Shown here in pieces: positions 11,509 to 25,300 of a stretch of DNA of 64,000 nt. Position 1 is the first letter of the stretch. Every line of letters begins with the position of its first letter. Position numbers and translations under genes: made by a program. Under the pieces are notes generated by a model. It searched no databases, had not been told where the DNA came from, and worked only from the letters and a program-made list of their open reading frames with translations. Origin of the DNA: Eledone cirrhosa (lineage: Eukaryota); assembly GCA_964016885.1 (NCBI GenBank), contig OZ024741.1, forward strand, positions 131,440,001-131,504,000, in the 5' to 3' direction.

Positions 11509-12631
11509 TAGATATATGTATATATATAAACAAAGAGGGTGTGGTGAGATACCAGATGGACCATAAGGCACCAGACTACTCCATACTTACAGTAGTAGAG
11601 TGGGTAATATGCAAAGTGTCAGGACCCCGACGGCTGAGCTCCGGCCGTTTCGATAGCCGAATAGTTCGGATTTAGCTGTCGAAACGGCCGGAGCTCAGCC
11701 GTCGGGGTCCTGACTCTTTTCATATATATATATATATATATATAGGAAAATGTATGACCCCGACGGCAGAGATCAAGTCGTTTTGACGGCTATTTCTTAG
11801 CCGTCGTAACGGCTTGAGCTCTGCCGTCGGGGTCATACATTTTCCTATTACCCACTCTACTACCCTAAGTAGTAAAATACCCATCTGGATTATCTCCCTT
11901 TCCCTTCTCCTCCTCACTTTTGTTTGCCCGTGTCTCCCACTTTCTCCTGTCTATGTGAGAGGCAGCACGATTATACCAGCTCTGAGTCGTAGCTGACCCC
12001 CAGGCTAAAGTCTCCCAGGTTGGCCACAACTTACTTTCCCTATTTTTCCACGGTTACTTTTTTGCCTGTTTCTTTCACCTGTATCTTCCCACGATGGGAT
12101 CTGCACACTTTTACTTCTATTCCTTTCTTATTAGTCCCCCCCCCCCCCACTGTTCTTCCTCATTTCCCTCTCTTTCCTTTTCTCTCTCCATTTTTTATCT
12201 CTCTTTCTCTCTCCTTTTCCACCTGGCCTTTTGATTAATAAAAGGCCTCGGGCGCACCCGAACTACACCGATGTCCTGTGATTCAGCGCCGAAACATGGG
12301 ATCGGGAAACATTTACAGCTGACGATGGAAACTCCTTTCTTCCTTTCTCCTCCTGTTCCGTCCTAACCACCACCCTAAACCTTGTTTTTAGTAACCACAC
12401 AGCTCCTTTCGTTTCATAACTTTTTATATATAAATGGATATTTATATATGTATGTATGTTTGTTTGTATGTATGTGTGTAAATGTGTAAATGTGTATGTG
12501 TATGTGTATGTGTGTATACATATATACGTACATACAAACATATATATATAGCATACACATTCACGATAATATATACACACGCTATTGATCGGAATTCCTG
12601 AAGGCCTAGCAGACCTAATTTCACAGTAACG
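10279..12631. repeat. Large inverted duplication (about 750-bp arms plus a nested hairpin element)
   Basis: 10279-11026 is the reverse complement of 11872-12631; about 11330-11432 mirrors 11743-11870. Confidence 0.9.
11530..11722 (-). mobile_element. Hairpin mini-element (GACCCCGACGGC family)
   Basis: Palindrome at about 11617-11714 plus about 85-bp shared tail, flanked by TA tracts. Confidence 0.75.
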
Positions 12632-12961
12632 AAAGCATGGAATTTACGAACAGAAATCAAACCAGATCGTATTTAATTCCCAAATGTATAAGAAATCGAT
12701 AGTGATATTTATCAAAAGGATCTGAGTTCGCTCCCGAGGCAGACTGAACTGTCGATAATTTCTACCTTTTTCTTTTTTTTCTTTTTTTATATATCATATG
12801 TGTGTTTATGAAAGCACATACGATATGTTTATGTATAATAAACATACACGAGTCTAGCTATGATTTTTTTAAAAAATCTGTGCTCGTGTCGCAACTATCT
12901 CAGTAGCATTGAGAACAAATTGCCTTAGTTCTGTCTCATTCTGGTATGTATGTCTGTGTCT

Positions 12962-13047
<86 letters not shown>

Positions 13048-13059
13048 AAAAAGAGATGA

Positions 13060-14390
13060 AATCGAAAATGCAACTGGAGTCTTATTTTTTTTTAAAATAT
13101 ATATATTTATTTGGTTCCTTTACCGGTTTCGCAGTTCTTCTGCTTTTCAAAAGGTGAGTTGAGATGGAGGGTCTGTGGTTTTTCTCACATCTGGTTGGTC
13201 TCTGAATGTTACTTGTTTTATATGGAAAAAGTGGCTCGAAATGCCAGGTTTTTCGAGAAGTAATTTGATTGGTTTGTCAATAATTATAATAAAGTTCGCG
13301 CCAGTTCGCGTTACAATAGTTCTTCAAATAAGAGAGGAGGGGGGGGGGGGGGTTGTCACAGGTTGTTTTTTCATATATGAGTGTTTGAATTTCTTTTTAC
13401 TTGAAAAAAGGAGGCTCACGAAGGCTTTTTTTTGGTTGGTTATAAATGAAATTTGGCTGTCACGTGAACAAGTTTTCATTACATTTTTGCGCCCTTATTT
13501 GGAAAACTATTCTGTAGTCTTTATAGTGAATGTTATGACAATGGAGAGATAGTGGTCAAGAGAAAAGGGATTGGGAGAAATGTTCTGGTTCAGTGAATAT
13601 GGCCAGCTCGCCGGGGTGTCAGAGTTCAGATTTTCTATTGAAGTGAAGATATGTATGTTTATTTGTGTGCTTGTGTGTGTGTATGTGTATGTGTGTGTGT
13701 GTGTGTATGTGTGTATTGGAAGATGATTCTATTAGTAGAGATGGGGGAGGGAGTTGTGTGTGTGTGTGTATATGGGTGTTATGTGTGTGTGTGCGAGTAT
13801 GTTAAGACGGAGAGAATATATATTTTGTGTGTGTGTATATATATATGTGTGTAGGAAAGTGGTTCTGTTAGTAGAAATGGGGAGGGAGTTGTAGGTGTGG
13901 GGGTTTTTATGTGTGTGTATGGGTGTTATGTGTGTGGGAGTATGGTTAGCATGTTAAGATGAAGAGAATATATATATATATATATATTGTGTGTGTGTGT
14001 ATGTGTGTGTGTAGGAAAGTGATTCCTTTAGTAGGAATATTTTTGAATGAACATATTTTCCTTACTTTTTCGTGTTTGCTGTTGTATTGCCAGTGCAAAC
14101 GTATGTTAAGGTTTATTTAGTTCGGGTTTTTATTTTCTAAAGTAGAAGGTGTTATGTGTGTGTGTGTATGTCATATTGTGGTGTTGACATAATGTATATT
14201 AAACCTTATTTTTGAATAAACATATTTTCCTTATTTATTCGCATTTGTTCTGTTGTATTGTTAGCGCAAAGGTAAAATGGGAAGACTTGGAATTTGGGTG
14301 TCTTATTACTTGCGCAAATGTCTAGATATGCACTTAGTGGTATCTGTCTCGTGGTTGGATCTCGTAATTGTTGGTTATTTTTCATTTTGT
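13060..14390 (-). mobile_element. Penelope-like element 3' fragment (GIY-YIG C-terminus + long 3' region)
   Basis: Minus strand about 14195-14385 reads QQLRDPTTRQIPLSAYLDICASNKTPKFQVFPFYLC..RINKENMFIQK; HHR downstream; flanked by (TA)n. Confidence 0.6.
13117..13154 (-). ncRNA. Minimal type I hammerhead, U3-A8 core variant
   Basis: Reverse complement: CCTT-TTGAAAA-GCAG-AAGAA-CTGC-GAAAC-CG-GTA-AAGG. Confidence 0.75.
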
Positions 14391-14407
14391 AAAAAAAAAA
14401 ACCTCAC

Positions 14408-14488
<81 letters not shown>

Positions 14489-14778
14489 TAAATGAGGTAT
14501 CGTTTAAGGTAATCCAAGTAGAGGTTATGAGTAATCTCTTCCGTTAATACTTAGAATAAACCCTACCGTATAGCTGATCCGTGTTATTCTTCACATGGTT
14601 ATATATATATCATCATCATCATCATCATCACCGTTTTACGTCCGTTATATGTATATATATATATTCGAAAGTAAGGTTTTTTTATATATCCTATACGAGA
14701 ACAAATATAGGAAAAATAGGTTGGGAATGCAATTGGAGCCTTTAAGAAGGTTTATTTTTAATTTACAATGATTTATAA

Positions 14779-14815
14779 CTTTACCGGTTTCACCAAGTTT
14801 TATGATTTTCAAGGG
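14779..14815 (-). ncRNA. Degenerate minimal hammerhead, U3-A8 core variant
   Basis: Reverse complement: TTGAAAA-TCATAAAACTTGGT-GAAAC-CG-GTA-AAG; adjacent GAGGGTCTGTG is shared with the 13117 copy. Confidence 0.5.
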
Positions 14816-15365
14816 AGATGGAGAGATGAGGGTCTGTGCCGACTTGTAAGTCGCATCTAACTGATGTTGGTAATTTCTTTCAGTTTTATGCAAAAAATGT
14901 AGCTCAAATTGCATTCTGAGCAACATATTTTTGAAAAAATCGGAAAGAAATTCCCAACATCAGTTAGTTGCGAGTTTGCATAGTCACACACCAACAACGT
15001 TAATGAGAATTTTTATTTGAAGTACGCTTCTATTCATAGTAGATTAGAAAATATAAATCAACGATTTATATAGAAAATATAAATCGTTAGTTTATTTTGG
15101 GTTGTTTCGGTCTCGATAATTCACTAATTACCAGAAACCGATGTAGTTACTGTAGATGAGAAGTAAGTCTTATATAGTGGTTTGGGTATGTTGTTGTTGG
15201 TGGTGGTGGTTCCGGTAGGAGAATTTAGATGATGCTGCTTTCCCAAGAATCTAGGTCTTGTAGAACGAATAGGGCGAGAGATCGGGGAAGAAAGTGGAGA
15301 TAAAGAAATTGTTGGGTCAGGTTGATTTGCCCTAAAAATATAGAGATACGCTTTTCCACACACAC

Positions 15366-15439
<74 letters not shown>

Positions 15440-15552
15440 CATATACGTAAATATACATATACAGTCCCGCGTACACACACACAGAGACAACACAATCACA
15501 CACACATATGTATATATATATATAAATATATATATTTATATATGTATATATG

Positions 15553-15640
<88 letters not shown>

Positions 15641-15644
<4 letters not shown>

Positions 15645-15832
15645 AGTAAGTAAGACCCCGACGGCTGAGCTCAAGCCGTTTCGACGGCTAATTCAGTACA
15701 GAATTAATCGTCGAAACGGCTTGAGCTCAGCCGTCGGGGTCTTACTTATTCCTATTACCCACTCTACTACCCTAAGTATTGAGTACTTTGGTGCGTTATG
15801 GTCCACCTTGTTCCTTACCACTTTTCCCTCGC
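15641..15832 (+). mobile_element. Hairpin mini-element (GACCCCGACGGC family)
   Basis: Palindrome 15641-15754 plus tail CCCACTCTACTACCCTAAGTATTGAGTACT..; inserted in (TA)n. Confidence 0.8.
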
Positions 15833-15882
15833 TATATATATATATGTATATATATTGTATATATATATATATATATATATAC

Positions 15883-15995
<113 letters not shown>

Positions 15996-16343
15996 TACAT
16001 ATATAAATATATATACATATACAGCCCCGCGTACACACACACACACCAGACACACCACACAACACAATAACACACATATCCGCAGGCAAACAAACATCCG
16101 CAGATAATTCAGAAACAAAGCCATTACATTGATTTACGAGATGTTGTTGTTGCTGTTGTGGTTATTCGTGTTCTTATTAATGTTGTTATTGATGTTTTTC
16201 TTGAGATTTCTGTAACTGCAAACCTGCACATGCATGCCAATTACCGATTACAACACTTGAATACAAATTGCACATTCCTAGAAATTGCGTATGCATACAA
16301 ACACATACTTACACAGATCTGTACTTGTTTATGCACATACATA

Positions 16344-16426
<83 letters not shown>

Positions 16427-16448
16427 ATGTGTGTATGTGTGTGTGTGA

Positions 16449-16670
16449 GAAGTCGTGTGACTGAGTGGTTAGAGAATTGGATTCGCGATCGTGAGGCTGT
16501 GAGTTCGATTCCCGGACCGGGCGATGCGTTATGTCCTTGAGCAAGACAATTTATTTCACGTTGCTCCTTCTACCCGGAGTTGCGACCGATAAATAGTATT
16601 AGCAATTGGAAAGACCAATGGAAACATTGTTTCCTCGGTCAGATTTGCCGAAAGTCAATCGACTGTCGAT
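16449..16670 (+). mobile_element. tRNA-derived SINE family 2
   Basis: A box TGACTGAGTGG, B box GAGTTCGATTCC, TGTCCTTGAGCAAGACA; second copy at 41969-42185. Confidence 0.75.
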
Positions 16671-16723
16671 ATATGTATCAAATTGAAAGACTCGCGTTAA
16701 TCCCCTGTAATTTTTTTTTTCAC

Positions 16724-16870
16724 GTTAGGCACAAGGCCAGCAATTACCAGTGTATTACTGGTACTTTATTTTATCGACCCCGTAAGGATGAAAGGCAAAG
16801 TTAAACTCGGCGGGATTTGAACTCAGAATGGCAAGGGCCATAATTCTATGCGTCAAAGCATGGCGTCCCC
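16724..16870 (-). mobile_element. SINE family 1 (5'-truncated)
   Basis: Matches 9419-9597. Confidence 0.75.
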
Positions 16871-17321
16871 TGTAGTTTAATGAGTTCAAGCAATAGATTC
16901 CGGACTCTTTATAAAACAGTATATAGAAAGAAATACACAAAGAGGTATGTGTTTAATTATAGGGGATAGAAAACCACCAGAGTGAAGAATATACTGTCTA
17001 AAAAATGAAAGGAGAATACAGATCAATTAAAAGAATAAATTAAAATGTACAAACCATCCAATAATAACTATTACACCTGGACATGCTCTACCTAATGCAT
17101 GTTTCGCCAAACTGTGTATTTTTCTCTATATGCTGTTATATATATATATATATATATATAATTAGAAAGTGAACAACACAAAATATAACTACACCATTAC
17201 CAAAGGTTTCTGGATCACAGACGATAATAATATACGTCTGGATCGTGCGACAGGTAGAGATGTTATAGATAAAAGATATGAAATGAGATTTCTTTTATCT
17301 ATACTTTGGAATTACCTAACA

Positions 17322-17348
17322 GACACACACACACCCCCTCACACACAC

Positions 17349-17416
<68 letters not shown>

Positions 17417-17418
17417 GC

Positions 17419-17482
<64 letters not shown>
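17322..17482. repeat. (CA)n microsatellite
   Basis: Direct reading. Confidence 0.97.
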
Positions 17483-17942
17483 CTCCAGAAAACCCCCAGT
17501 TGATGGATGCGAATCCTAAATATAGGGACAATTAAATCTCTCCCAAAGTAACATTATCTCGTGTTATTATTTTTTATTTTTCGCTTTTTCCTACGTTCCA
17601 CTACACACTACACATCTCATTCTACACTCCCTTACATTTCTCTCTTCACCACCGGATTCTCTTACCCGGAGATTTACCCATCTGCATTGTTGAGGCTTCC
17701 AAAACGACAAAAAAAAAAAAAGTATTATTCCACAATGCTTCAAGCAAACTTCAATACTCTTTTATCCATATATATATATATATATATAACAAAAGAGTCA
17801 GGACCCTGACGGCTGAGCTCCGACCGTTTTGACAGCTAGATCCGAACACAAATATATATATATATATAATATATATCTACAATATATATATATATATATA
17901 TGTGTGTGTATGTTTATATATATATATACGTGTATATGTATG

Positions 17943-17977
<35 letters not shown>

Positions 17978-17982
<5 letters not shown>

Positions 17983-18480
17983 AAGAATGAAGAAAAACAT
18001 GGTTGACTGTACAACAAGGGGCTTTATTTCGGGTATTGACAATTGTTTCATTGATCAGGTGAGTCTAGAGGTCGCTAATCGCTTGAAGTTGCGTCACTCG
18101 ATCTCCATTACATTATTTACTTGTAACCAACTCATCAGAATACGAAAATATGTTCGTATTCTGATGAGTTGGTCAGAAGTAAATAATGTAATGGAGATCG
18201 AGTGACGCAACTTCAAGCGATTAGCGACCTCTAGACTCACCTGATCAATGAAACAATTGTCAATACCCGAAATAAAGCCCCTTGTTGTACAGCCAACCAT
18301 GTTTTCTTCATTCTTTCACTATTATTACTCCAAGCATAACCTACATAGGAATTACCGCGAACTCGCTGCTTAACTATGGAAACATCTTGTTGAGTTAAAC
18401 AAAGCCGTACGTTAAAAATATCCACCACGCAGAGTACTCACAACCTCTAACTGTATTACCTATAACGATAACTTGTTACC

Positions 18481-18483
<3 letters not shown>
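17978..18483. mobile_element. Fold-back element with HHR motif on both strands
   Basis: Arms 17978-18146 and 18153-18320, tail to about 18483; GTATT-CTGATGA-GTTGGTCAG...CTGATCAAT-GAAAC-AATT-GTC-AATAC at 18156-18266. Confidence 0.85.
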
Positions 18484-18540
<57 letters not shown>

Positions 18541-18543
<3 letters not shown>

Positions 18544-18733
18544 AAAAAGTATGACCCCGACGGCAGAGCTCAAGCCGTTTCGACGGATATTTCTGGACTC
18601 CAGAAATTGCCGTCGAAACGGCTTGAGCTCTGCCGTCGGGGTCATACTTTTTCCTATTTCCCACTCTACTACCCTAAGTATTGAGTACTCTGGTGCGTTA
18701 TGGTCCATCTGGTTCCTTACCACAATCCCTTTG
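18541..18733 (+). mobile_element. Hairpin mini-element (GACCCCGACGGC family)
   Basis: Same palindrome-plus-tail architecture as 15641-15832; flanked by TA tracts. Confidence 0.8.
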
Positions 18734-18759
18734 TTATATATATATATATATATATATAA

Positions 18760-20322
18760 AAGAGAAAACATAGGTAAGCATTAAGAAAAGGATTTTATCC
18801 AGGTATTTACGACCGTTTCATTGGTAAGTGCAACCTTATATTGCTATACTGCAAATAGCATCCACTCAATGATAATTGTTGTTCACGTCCAAATTTTCAA
18901 AATAGTGAGTAAGTTACTCTTAAAAAAGTTCTTAATATATAGAGAAAAACATTTTTTTGGAATTGTATTTACTAGTATAGAGAGAGAGGAAGAGGAATTA
19001 GAAAGTGGGGGGACAAACGGAATAGTATACAGAGAGAGGAAGGGGGAAAAGAGTTAGGAAGTAGAGTGACAAACTGAGATGGAGGGAGGGGTAGAGGTGG
19101 AAGGATTCCTTGATCAGTTTTGATACGTAGACTTCATAACAATACCAGAACACAAATTTACAACAATAACAATACAATCACCATTGAACACAACAGAATA
19201 TCTAATACACAACCATCCACTAATAGGCAAACAAAACGTAACACACTTGTACAGGCATCGCAGCCCACCAATAATGCCAAAGTTGTCCATGACAAGAATT
19301 GTAACTGCCACCTACCTGAAACCTGTCCATCACATAATGAATGAATGCTGTCTAACCTGGTTTACCAATGCACAGTAGAATCAGACAACCAGAAATGGTA
19401 TTACATCGGAGCGACTGGGAATACATTTAAAGCCCGTTGGTATACACACCGTTACGCAATGAAACATTCCGAACATCGTTATGTAACTACCCTTGCAAAC
19501 ACGACCTGGCAACTGAGGGAATGTAACCACCAATACACCCTGAAGTGGAAAAAATTATCGAACGCGCCCCCATATCGGAGTGGTATGAGAAGCTGTCGAT
19601 TATGTGACCTTGAGCTGTTCCACATTTTGAGTTCGAAGAATAAGTTACTCAACAATAAAATCGAAAGATCAATTTATTGTAACCATAGACTCAAAGAAAA
19701 GTTTTCGCACTACAAGTGCAAATCGAACCCTTAACCTCTTGCTACCACCTGACAAACTGCATATACTTAGACTTTTTACCCCCTTATTGTATCTAACGCC
19801 TTTAATTACCCACAAAAACCAATACCTATATCCCTCCCTTCTCCTTCATTCCTTTTCTATTTCTTTTCGTTTTCGTCCTTTCTTCTCTCCCCCTTTTTGG
19901 CTATCTTTTCTTTTCTTCTTTCTCCCCCCCCCCCTTCTTTATTTTTATTTTTATTTTTTATATATATATTTATCTCTCTATATCTCCCGCTCTCTCTCTC
20001 CATCCCTCCCACAATAAACAATTTAATTCTCTTTAACTCACTACACACTAAATCGACATGAAGTCTATCAAAACTGATCAAGGAATCCTTCCACCTCTAC
20101 CCCTCCCTCCATCTCAGTTTGTCACTTTACTTCCTAACTCTTCTCCCCCTTACTCTCTCTCTATACTATTCCGTTTATCCCCCCACTTTCTAATTCCTCT
20201 TCCCCTCTCTCTATACTAGTAAATACAATTCCCAAAAAATGTTTTTCTCTATATATTAAGAACTTTTTTAAGAGTAACTTACTCACTATTTTGAAAATTT
20301 GGACGTGAACAACAATTATCAT
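18760..20322 (+). mobile_element. 5'-truncated Naiad-type Penelope-like element with inverted pLTR
   Basis: 18868-19138 is the reverse complement of about 20058-20322 and flanks a GIY-YIG coding segment; U3-A8 HHR motif on the minus strand at 18804-18904. Confidence 0.8.
19120..19734 (+). pseudogene. Penelope/Naiad GIY-YIG endonuclease domain with in-frame TGA at 19342-19344
   Basis: CNCHLPETCPSHNE-TGA-MLSNLVYQCTV..YYIGATGNTFKARWYTH..CRLCDLE..LLNNKIE..CNH; the two ORFs are contiguous and in the same frame. Confidence 0.75.
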
Positions 20323-20365
20323 TTATCATTATCAACAATTATCAACAATTGTTGACTCGGTCCCT

Positions 20366-22385
20366 CTAAGCCTTACGTGCCGGAAATGACATGTTCAGCT
20401 TCCAGTAACCCGGTCCTAACCTACGCGTTTTATCTAGGTCGACCGTACAGATCACAAATTTGTGATCTGAATAGGCAACCGTTTTAAAAAGTGGGCAGCC
20501 TACACTATTTCTATCTATTTTCCTAATGAAGATCCTGTCTATATACGATCTAGATGACCCCATGCGGTTGGTCCATGTCCATACTGGCACATTGGGGAAA
20601 TCTTGTCGATACCTGTCAGACAGTTGGAATTGGCTGAGTAGGTGCTTGAGGCTTTTGCACCCCCCCCCCCACTCCTATCGGCTACTCCCACACAATCCCA
20701 GCGTGCGTCTAAGATGCCATTCCAGTCCTCCGCTAACAGTAAAGGGCGAGACGTACCCAGAAAGGTCTCCAGGCGCCTAAAGATGTCCGGTCGAGCGGCC
20801 CCTGTATGGGCGTAGACGGCCAGCAGTCTAAAGGCACCGCCTTCGCTACTACTCACATCCAAGACCACCAACTTACCGTCCGAATCCCGGTAGATCGACC
20901 TTACCTCGAGATCCAGTCCTTTCCTAAACAGCACTGCCACCCCACCTCCCATTCCCGGCCTGCTAACAGATGCGAAGATCTGATAGTCGTCGAAAATGGG
21001 GGCTAGTGCGCGCGTGTCGGAAATTCTGGTCTCGCTGACGGCAATCACACCCATTTGCAGCGACCTGAGGTCGTTGAGCAGGCGACCCTGCTTCCAGGGT
21101 GACCCCAGGCCGCGAACATTTAAACTTCCTACTCTTAATATGGCCATGTTGGCAAGCTAAAAGAGAGAGGGGAGATTTACTTACCTCCCGGGGTCTTGTG
21201 AAGGTCGGGTGGTTCGACCTCCATGGTTGGTGGGGTTTCTTTTGGGAACCCCTTTAACAGTCTCGATGTGGGTTTCACATTCGGGGTTCCCACGTCTTGA
21301 GGAAAGCTCTCTCGAATTTCTTTGAAGGAATCGAGTGACATTCGGACCAGAAGCAAATCTTCTGGCACGCAAAATCTGCTCATTTCAAAAATCTCCCCCT
21401 CTGTTTGAATGTCCTCGCTTCGTGCTAAGAGGGCCATCAGTTTATCGTTGGCTCTTCTGACAAGCACGAAGTTTTTAACATTTTGTTGGTGTGGTCTCAT
21501 TTGTTTTCGTTTTGGTGACTGTGGTGGTGATGCTTTTGGTGGTGTTGTTTCGGGTATGTCTATGTTTGTTGTAGGTGTGGTGTCTGCAATTTCAGGTATT
21601 TGTGTTTTTATTTGTACTTGTGTTTGTTGAGGTTGTTTGCGTTTCGGGGATTGTGGGGGTGGTGTCGATGTTTCTGTTGGTGCTGATGTTATTGGGGAAG
21701 TGTTTGCGTTAGTGGTGTCTGTATTTTTTGTTGTGTTTGTTTTTGTGTTTTTTGGGGCTTTTTTTTTTTGGTGAGTTTTCTCTGGTTTTTTTTTGCACTT
21801 TTGGGTTTTCCTTCATCTTCGCTGCTGGAAGACAAAGGGTCTGTTGCTGTGAGTGTCACTGTGTCTGTGTATGCGTTTATTGTTTTGTCTATGTGTATAA
21901 TAGAGAGGGGTAGGGGGAGTGGGAGAGCTTTCCTCGTTTTCCTCTTGGATTGGTTTCGGTGTTGGTGGTGGTCCGGCTGTTTTTGATGTTGGTGTCCGTG
22001 TCATTGTTGGTGTTGTTTTTGGTGGTGGTGGTGCAGCTTTCCGCGCTGACACTGGCGTTGGCAACAAAGGAGGTTTGCGATCCCCTGCATGTTTGGGCTG
22101 TGGGCAGAAGGCTTTCAGATGCGTTGCTTCTTCGCAGACGAAGCAGTGTGGCCTTCTTCCTCAGTGATTAGTTGGATTGTTGTCCCGTCCTGCAGGCGGG
22201 CAAAATCCTGGATGTTGTTCATGTCCTCCGGTTTCATTTGGAGAAGAATCTCCAAATTCATTCCGGACCAGTCTTCTCTCTCTGTCCTTTTGATATCCAG
22301 GAGGGTAGTGAATGTCCCCTCCTCGATTACGCATCCCAGCAGCCACCATATGTTCATTCCTGGTGGGATGCTGGGAATGCAGCCA
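20366..22385 (-). mobile_element. L1/Tx1-clade element, family 2 fragment (part of ORF1 + APE)
   Basis: 20539-21147 SLNVRGL..SET..VYA..DWN; 20366-20590 IDRIF, SDHK, YWKLN; paralogous to 58096-58824. Confidence 0.85.
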
Positions 22386-25300
22386 GGCAGGCAAACGAGC
22401 CAGTGGGAAATGAAGGTGAAGAGGTTGAGAGAACGGAGGAACCATCCGAAGCAGACAATGATCTGAATGCTGAAATAAATAATACCTGGAACAAAGATAC
22501 GGCCATTGAGGAGATGAATGCTGACGGGCTAGGACAGATTTGGTTGATATCCTAAACTTAGTGGTAGATGAAATGAACAATGATAGTGGGAAACCTATGA
22601 ACCTAAGATTTGTAGACAGGAAAAAGTTAAAAGAAACAACAGCTAAGGTAAACAAAGTCATCCCATACCTTGAGGCGAGGAACCTTCACCAATGCAACAA
22701 TATCCCCAAAGCAACAGCAAATGCAGTGAGGATATTACTTGGCATAAAAACGAGAGGAAACAACAAAGAAGAAAGATCAGAACCTTGGTGGAAGAAACGA
22801 CTGAATGGTCAAATCAGGGAAATGAAAAAAAATGACATTGCAAAGCTTGAGTCCCTACTGAATGGGACACTACACAACATAGACAATAAAAGTAGACTGG
22901 AAATAAAGTACAAAACTAGGAGGAAAAAGCTAAATATTATCATAGAGGAACTGAAGCAACGCATTGTAGCAAAGAGTGCAAAGATTAGGCGGTACGAGAG
23001 CAGAGTCAGTCAGTATAGACAGAACCGCATGTTTGACAACAGCCAGAAGATGTTGTTTGAGCAGCTTGAGGGGAAAGAAAGAGGCAACGACTTGATCCCT
23101 GAGGCGGAACAGACTAAGACATTCTGGAGAGGAATATGGGAGCAGGATGTTGAACATAATGGTCAGGCAGTGTGGATTGAGACAGTACAAAAGGAGACTA
23201 GTGAACAAGCACACCAACAAACTGATTTAAGTATCACAGTTGAAACTCTTAAAGGGCAGGCCAGAAAACTAACCAACTGGAAATCACCAGACCCAGATGG
23301 TATGCAGGGGTATTGGATTAAAAATATAACATCCCTCCACCCGAAACTGACAACCATGTTCAATGACTGCTTGATGTCGGGTGAGGTACCAGAGTGGTTG
23401 ACAAAGGGTACTACAGGCCTGGTAATGAAAGACCGAATCAAGGGTAATGATGTTACCAACTATAGACCTATCACATGTCTATCCGTAATGTGGAAACTGT
23501 TAACAAGCATTGTGTCTGAGGAAATCTACCATCACCTCCACACAAACAACTTGTTGCCGGACGAACAGAAAGGATGCCGAAAGAAGTCCCGTGATACAAG
23601 TTACTTATTGATAAGATGGTAATGAGGAATTGCAAGAGGAGACACACTGGTCTTGCCATGGGATGGATAGACTACAAAAAGGCATTCGACATGGAACCTC
23701 ATTCTTGGATAACCAAAAGCCTAGAGATCTTCAAGGTGGCAGATAGCATCAGACAGTTGTTGAGCAAAAGTATGAAGTCCTGGGAAACAGAATTAACATC
23801 GGGTGGAGAATCCTTGGGAGGCGTGAAGATCAAGAGAGGTATCTTCCAGGGAGATAGTCTGTCCCCTCTGTTGTTTGTCCTTGCCCTGATACTCCTGACC
23901 ATTATACTGCGAAAAGTGAGAGCAGGATACAAGATGGGAAAAGGAGAGCTTACCATCAACCACCTCCTCTTGATGGACGATCTTAAACTCTTTGGGAAGA
24001 GTGAAAAGGAGTTGAATGTACTTGTTAACACTGTCCGTATTTTCAGCAGTGATATATGTATGAAATTTGGTATTAGTAAGTGTGGAGTCCTAGTGATGTA
24101 GAGGGGTAAATTGAGCAGAAGCAACGGAATCCAGGTACCAACAGTTGAGATGATAAAGGAAATTGACACTGATGAAGGATACAAATATTTAGGTGTTCTG
24201 GAGGCAGATGACATCAAGAACAAAAAAAATAAAGGAATTGATAAGATCTGAGTACATTAGGAGAGTAAGGAGCGTATTAAAATCACGCCTAAATAGTAGG
24301 AATGTCATAAGTGCATTGAATTCCCGAGCTGTGTCTATTATTAGGTAGAGTGCGGGAATTCTGAAATAGAATGTTGCTGAATAAAAAGAAATGGATAGGA
24401 AGACTAGGAAGCTATTGACTATCTACAACAGGTTCCACAAGAGGAGTGATGTCGATAGAGTCTACTTAAAGAGATCTGAAGGTGGAAGAGGTCTTATCAG
24501 CATAGAGGACTGTGTTCAGATGGAGACAAACAACCTGCACAAATATGTGACTGACAGTAGGGAGCCAATGCTCAGAATTGTACTGAAGGAGAAACAACAG
24601 ACCAGGGGATGTCCAAGGAGGAAATAACCACAAGCAGGAAGAGCAACCTTCATGAAAAATCCCTTCATAGTACCTTCTTTGAGAAAACTGAATTTAGAGA
24701 TCCAAAGACATGGAACTGGTTAAAAAGAGGAGACCTTAAAAAGGCTACAGAAGGCATGATAATGGCTGCGCAAGAGGAAGCCCTCAGAACGAAGTGGCTG
24801 AAACACCATATTTACAAGGAGGAGGCTAGCTCACTGAGTAGGATCTGTGGAGAGAGAGAGAGGAGACTCTGGCTCACATTGTATCCGAGTGTAAACACCT
24901 AGCACAGACTCACCATAAAGGCTGGAGACATGATGTGATAGGCAGGGTGATCCACTGGCACCTATGCAAAGTAAACAATTTACCACATTCTGAGAAGTGG
25001 TATGAGCATAAGCCAGAGTCGGTGATAGAAAACGATCAGGTGAAGGTGCTATGGGATTTTAGGATACAGACGGATAAGAAATTAGAACACAACAGGCCTG
25101 ACCTAGTGGTTTTGGACAAGGAAAAAAGATCGTGCCTGATTGTAGATGTAGCCTGCCAATTTGAGACGAGAGAAAGGAGAGGGAGAAAATAACCGATACC
25201 AGGATTTAAAGTGAGAGGTAAAAAGGATTTGGAACTGCCATGAAGTCAGAGTCGTCCCGATTGTCATAGGCGCACTAGATACTATCTCAAAGAGTTTCCA

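Noticed and set aside
16449-16525. tRNA gene
   Set aside because: A and B boxes are present but there is no closed cloverleaf; it is the head of a repeated SINE.
20056-20100. SECIS candidate ATGA..AAAA downstream of the Naiad ORF
   Set aside because: No 3' strand to pair with the stem and no correctly placed GA quartet.
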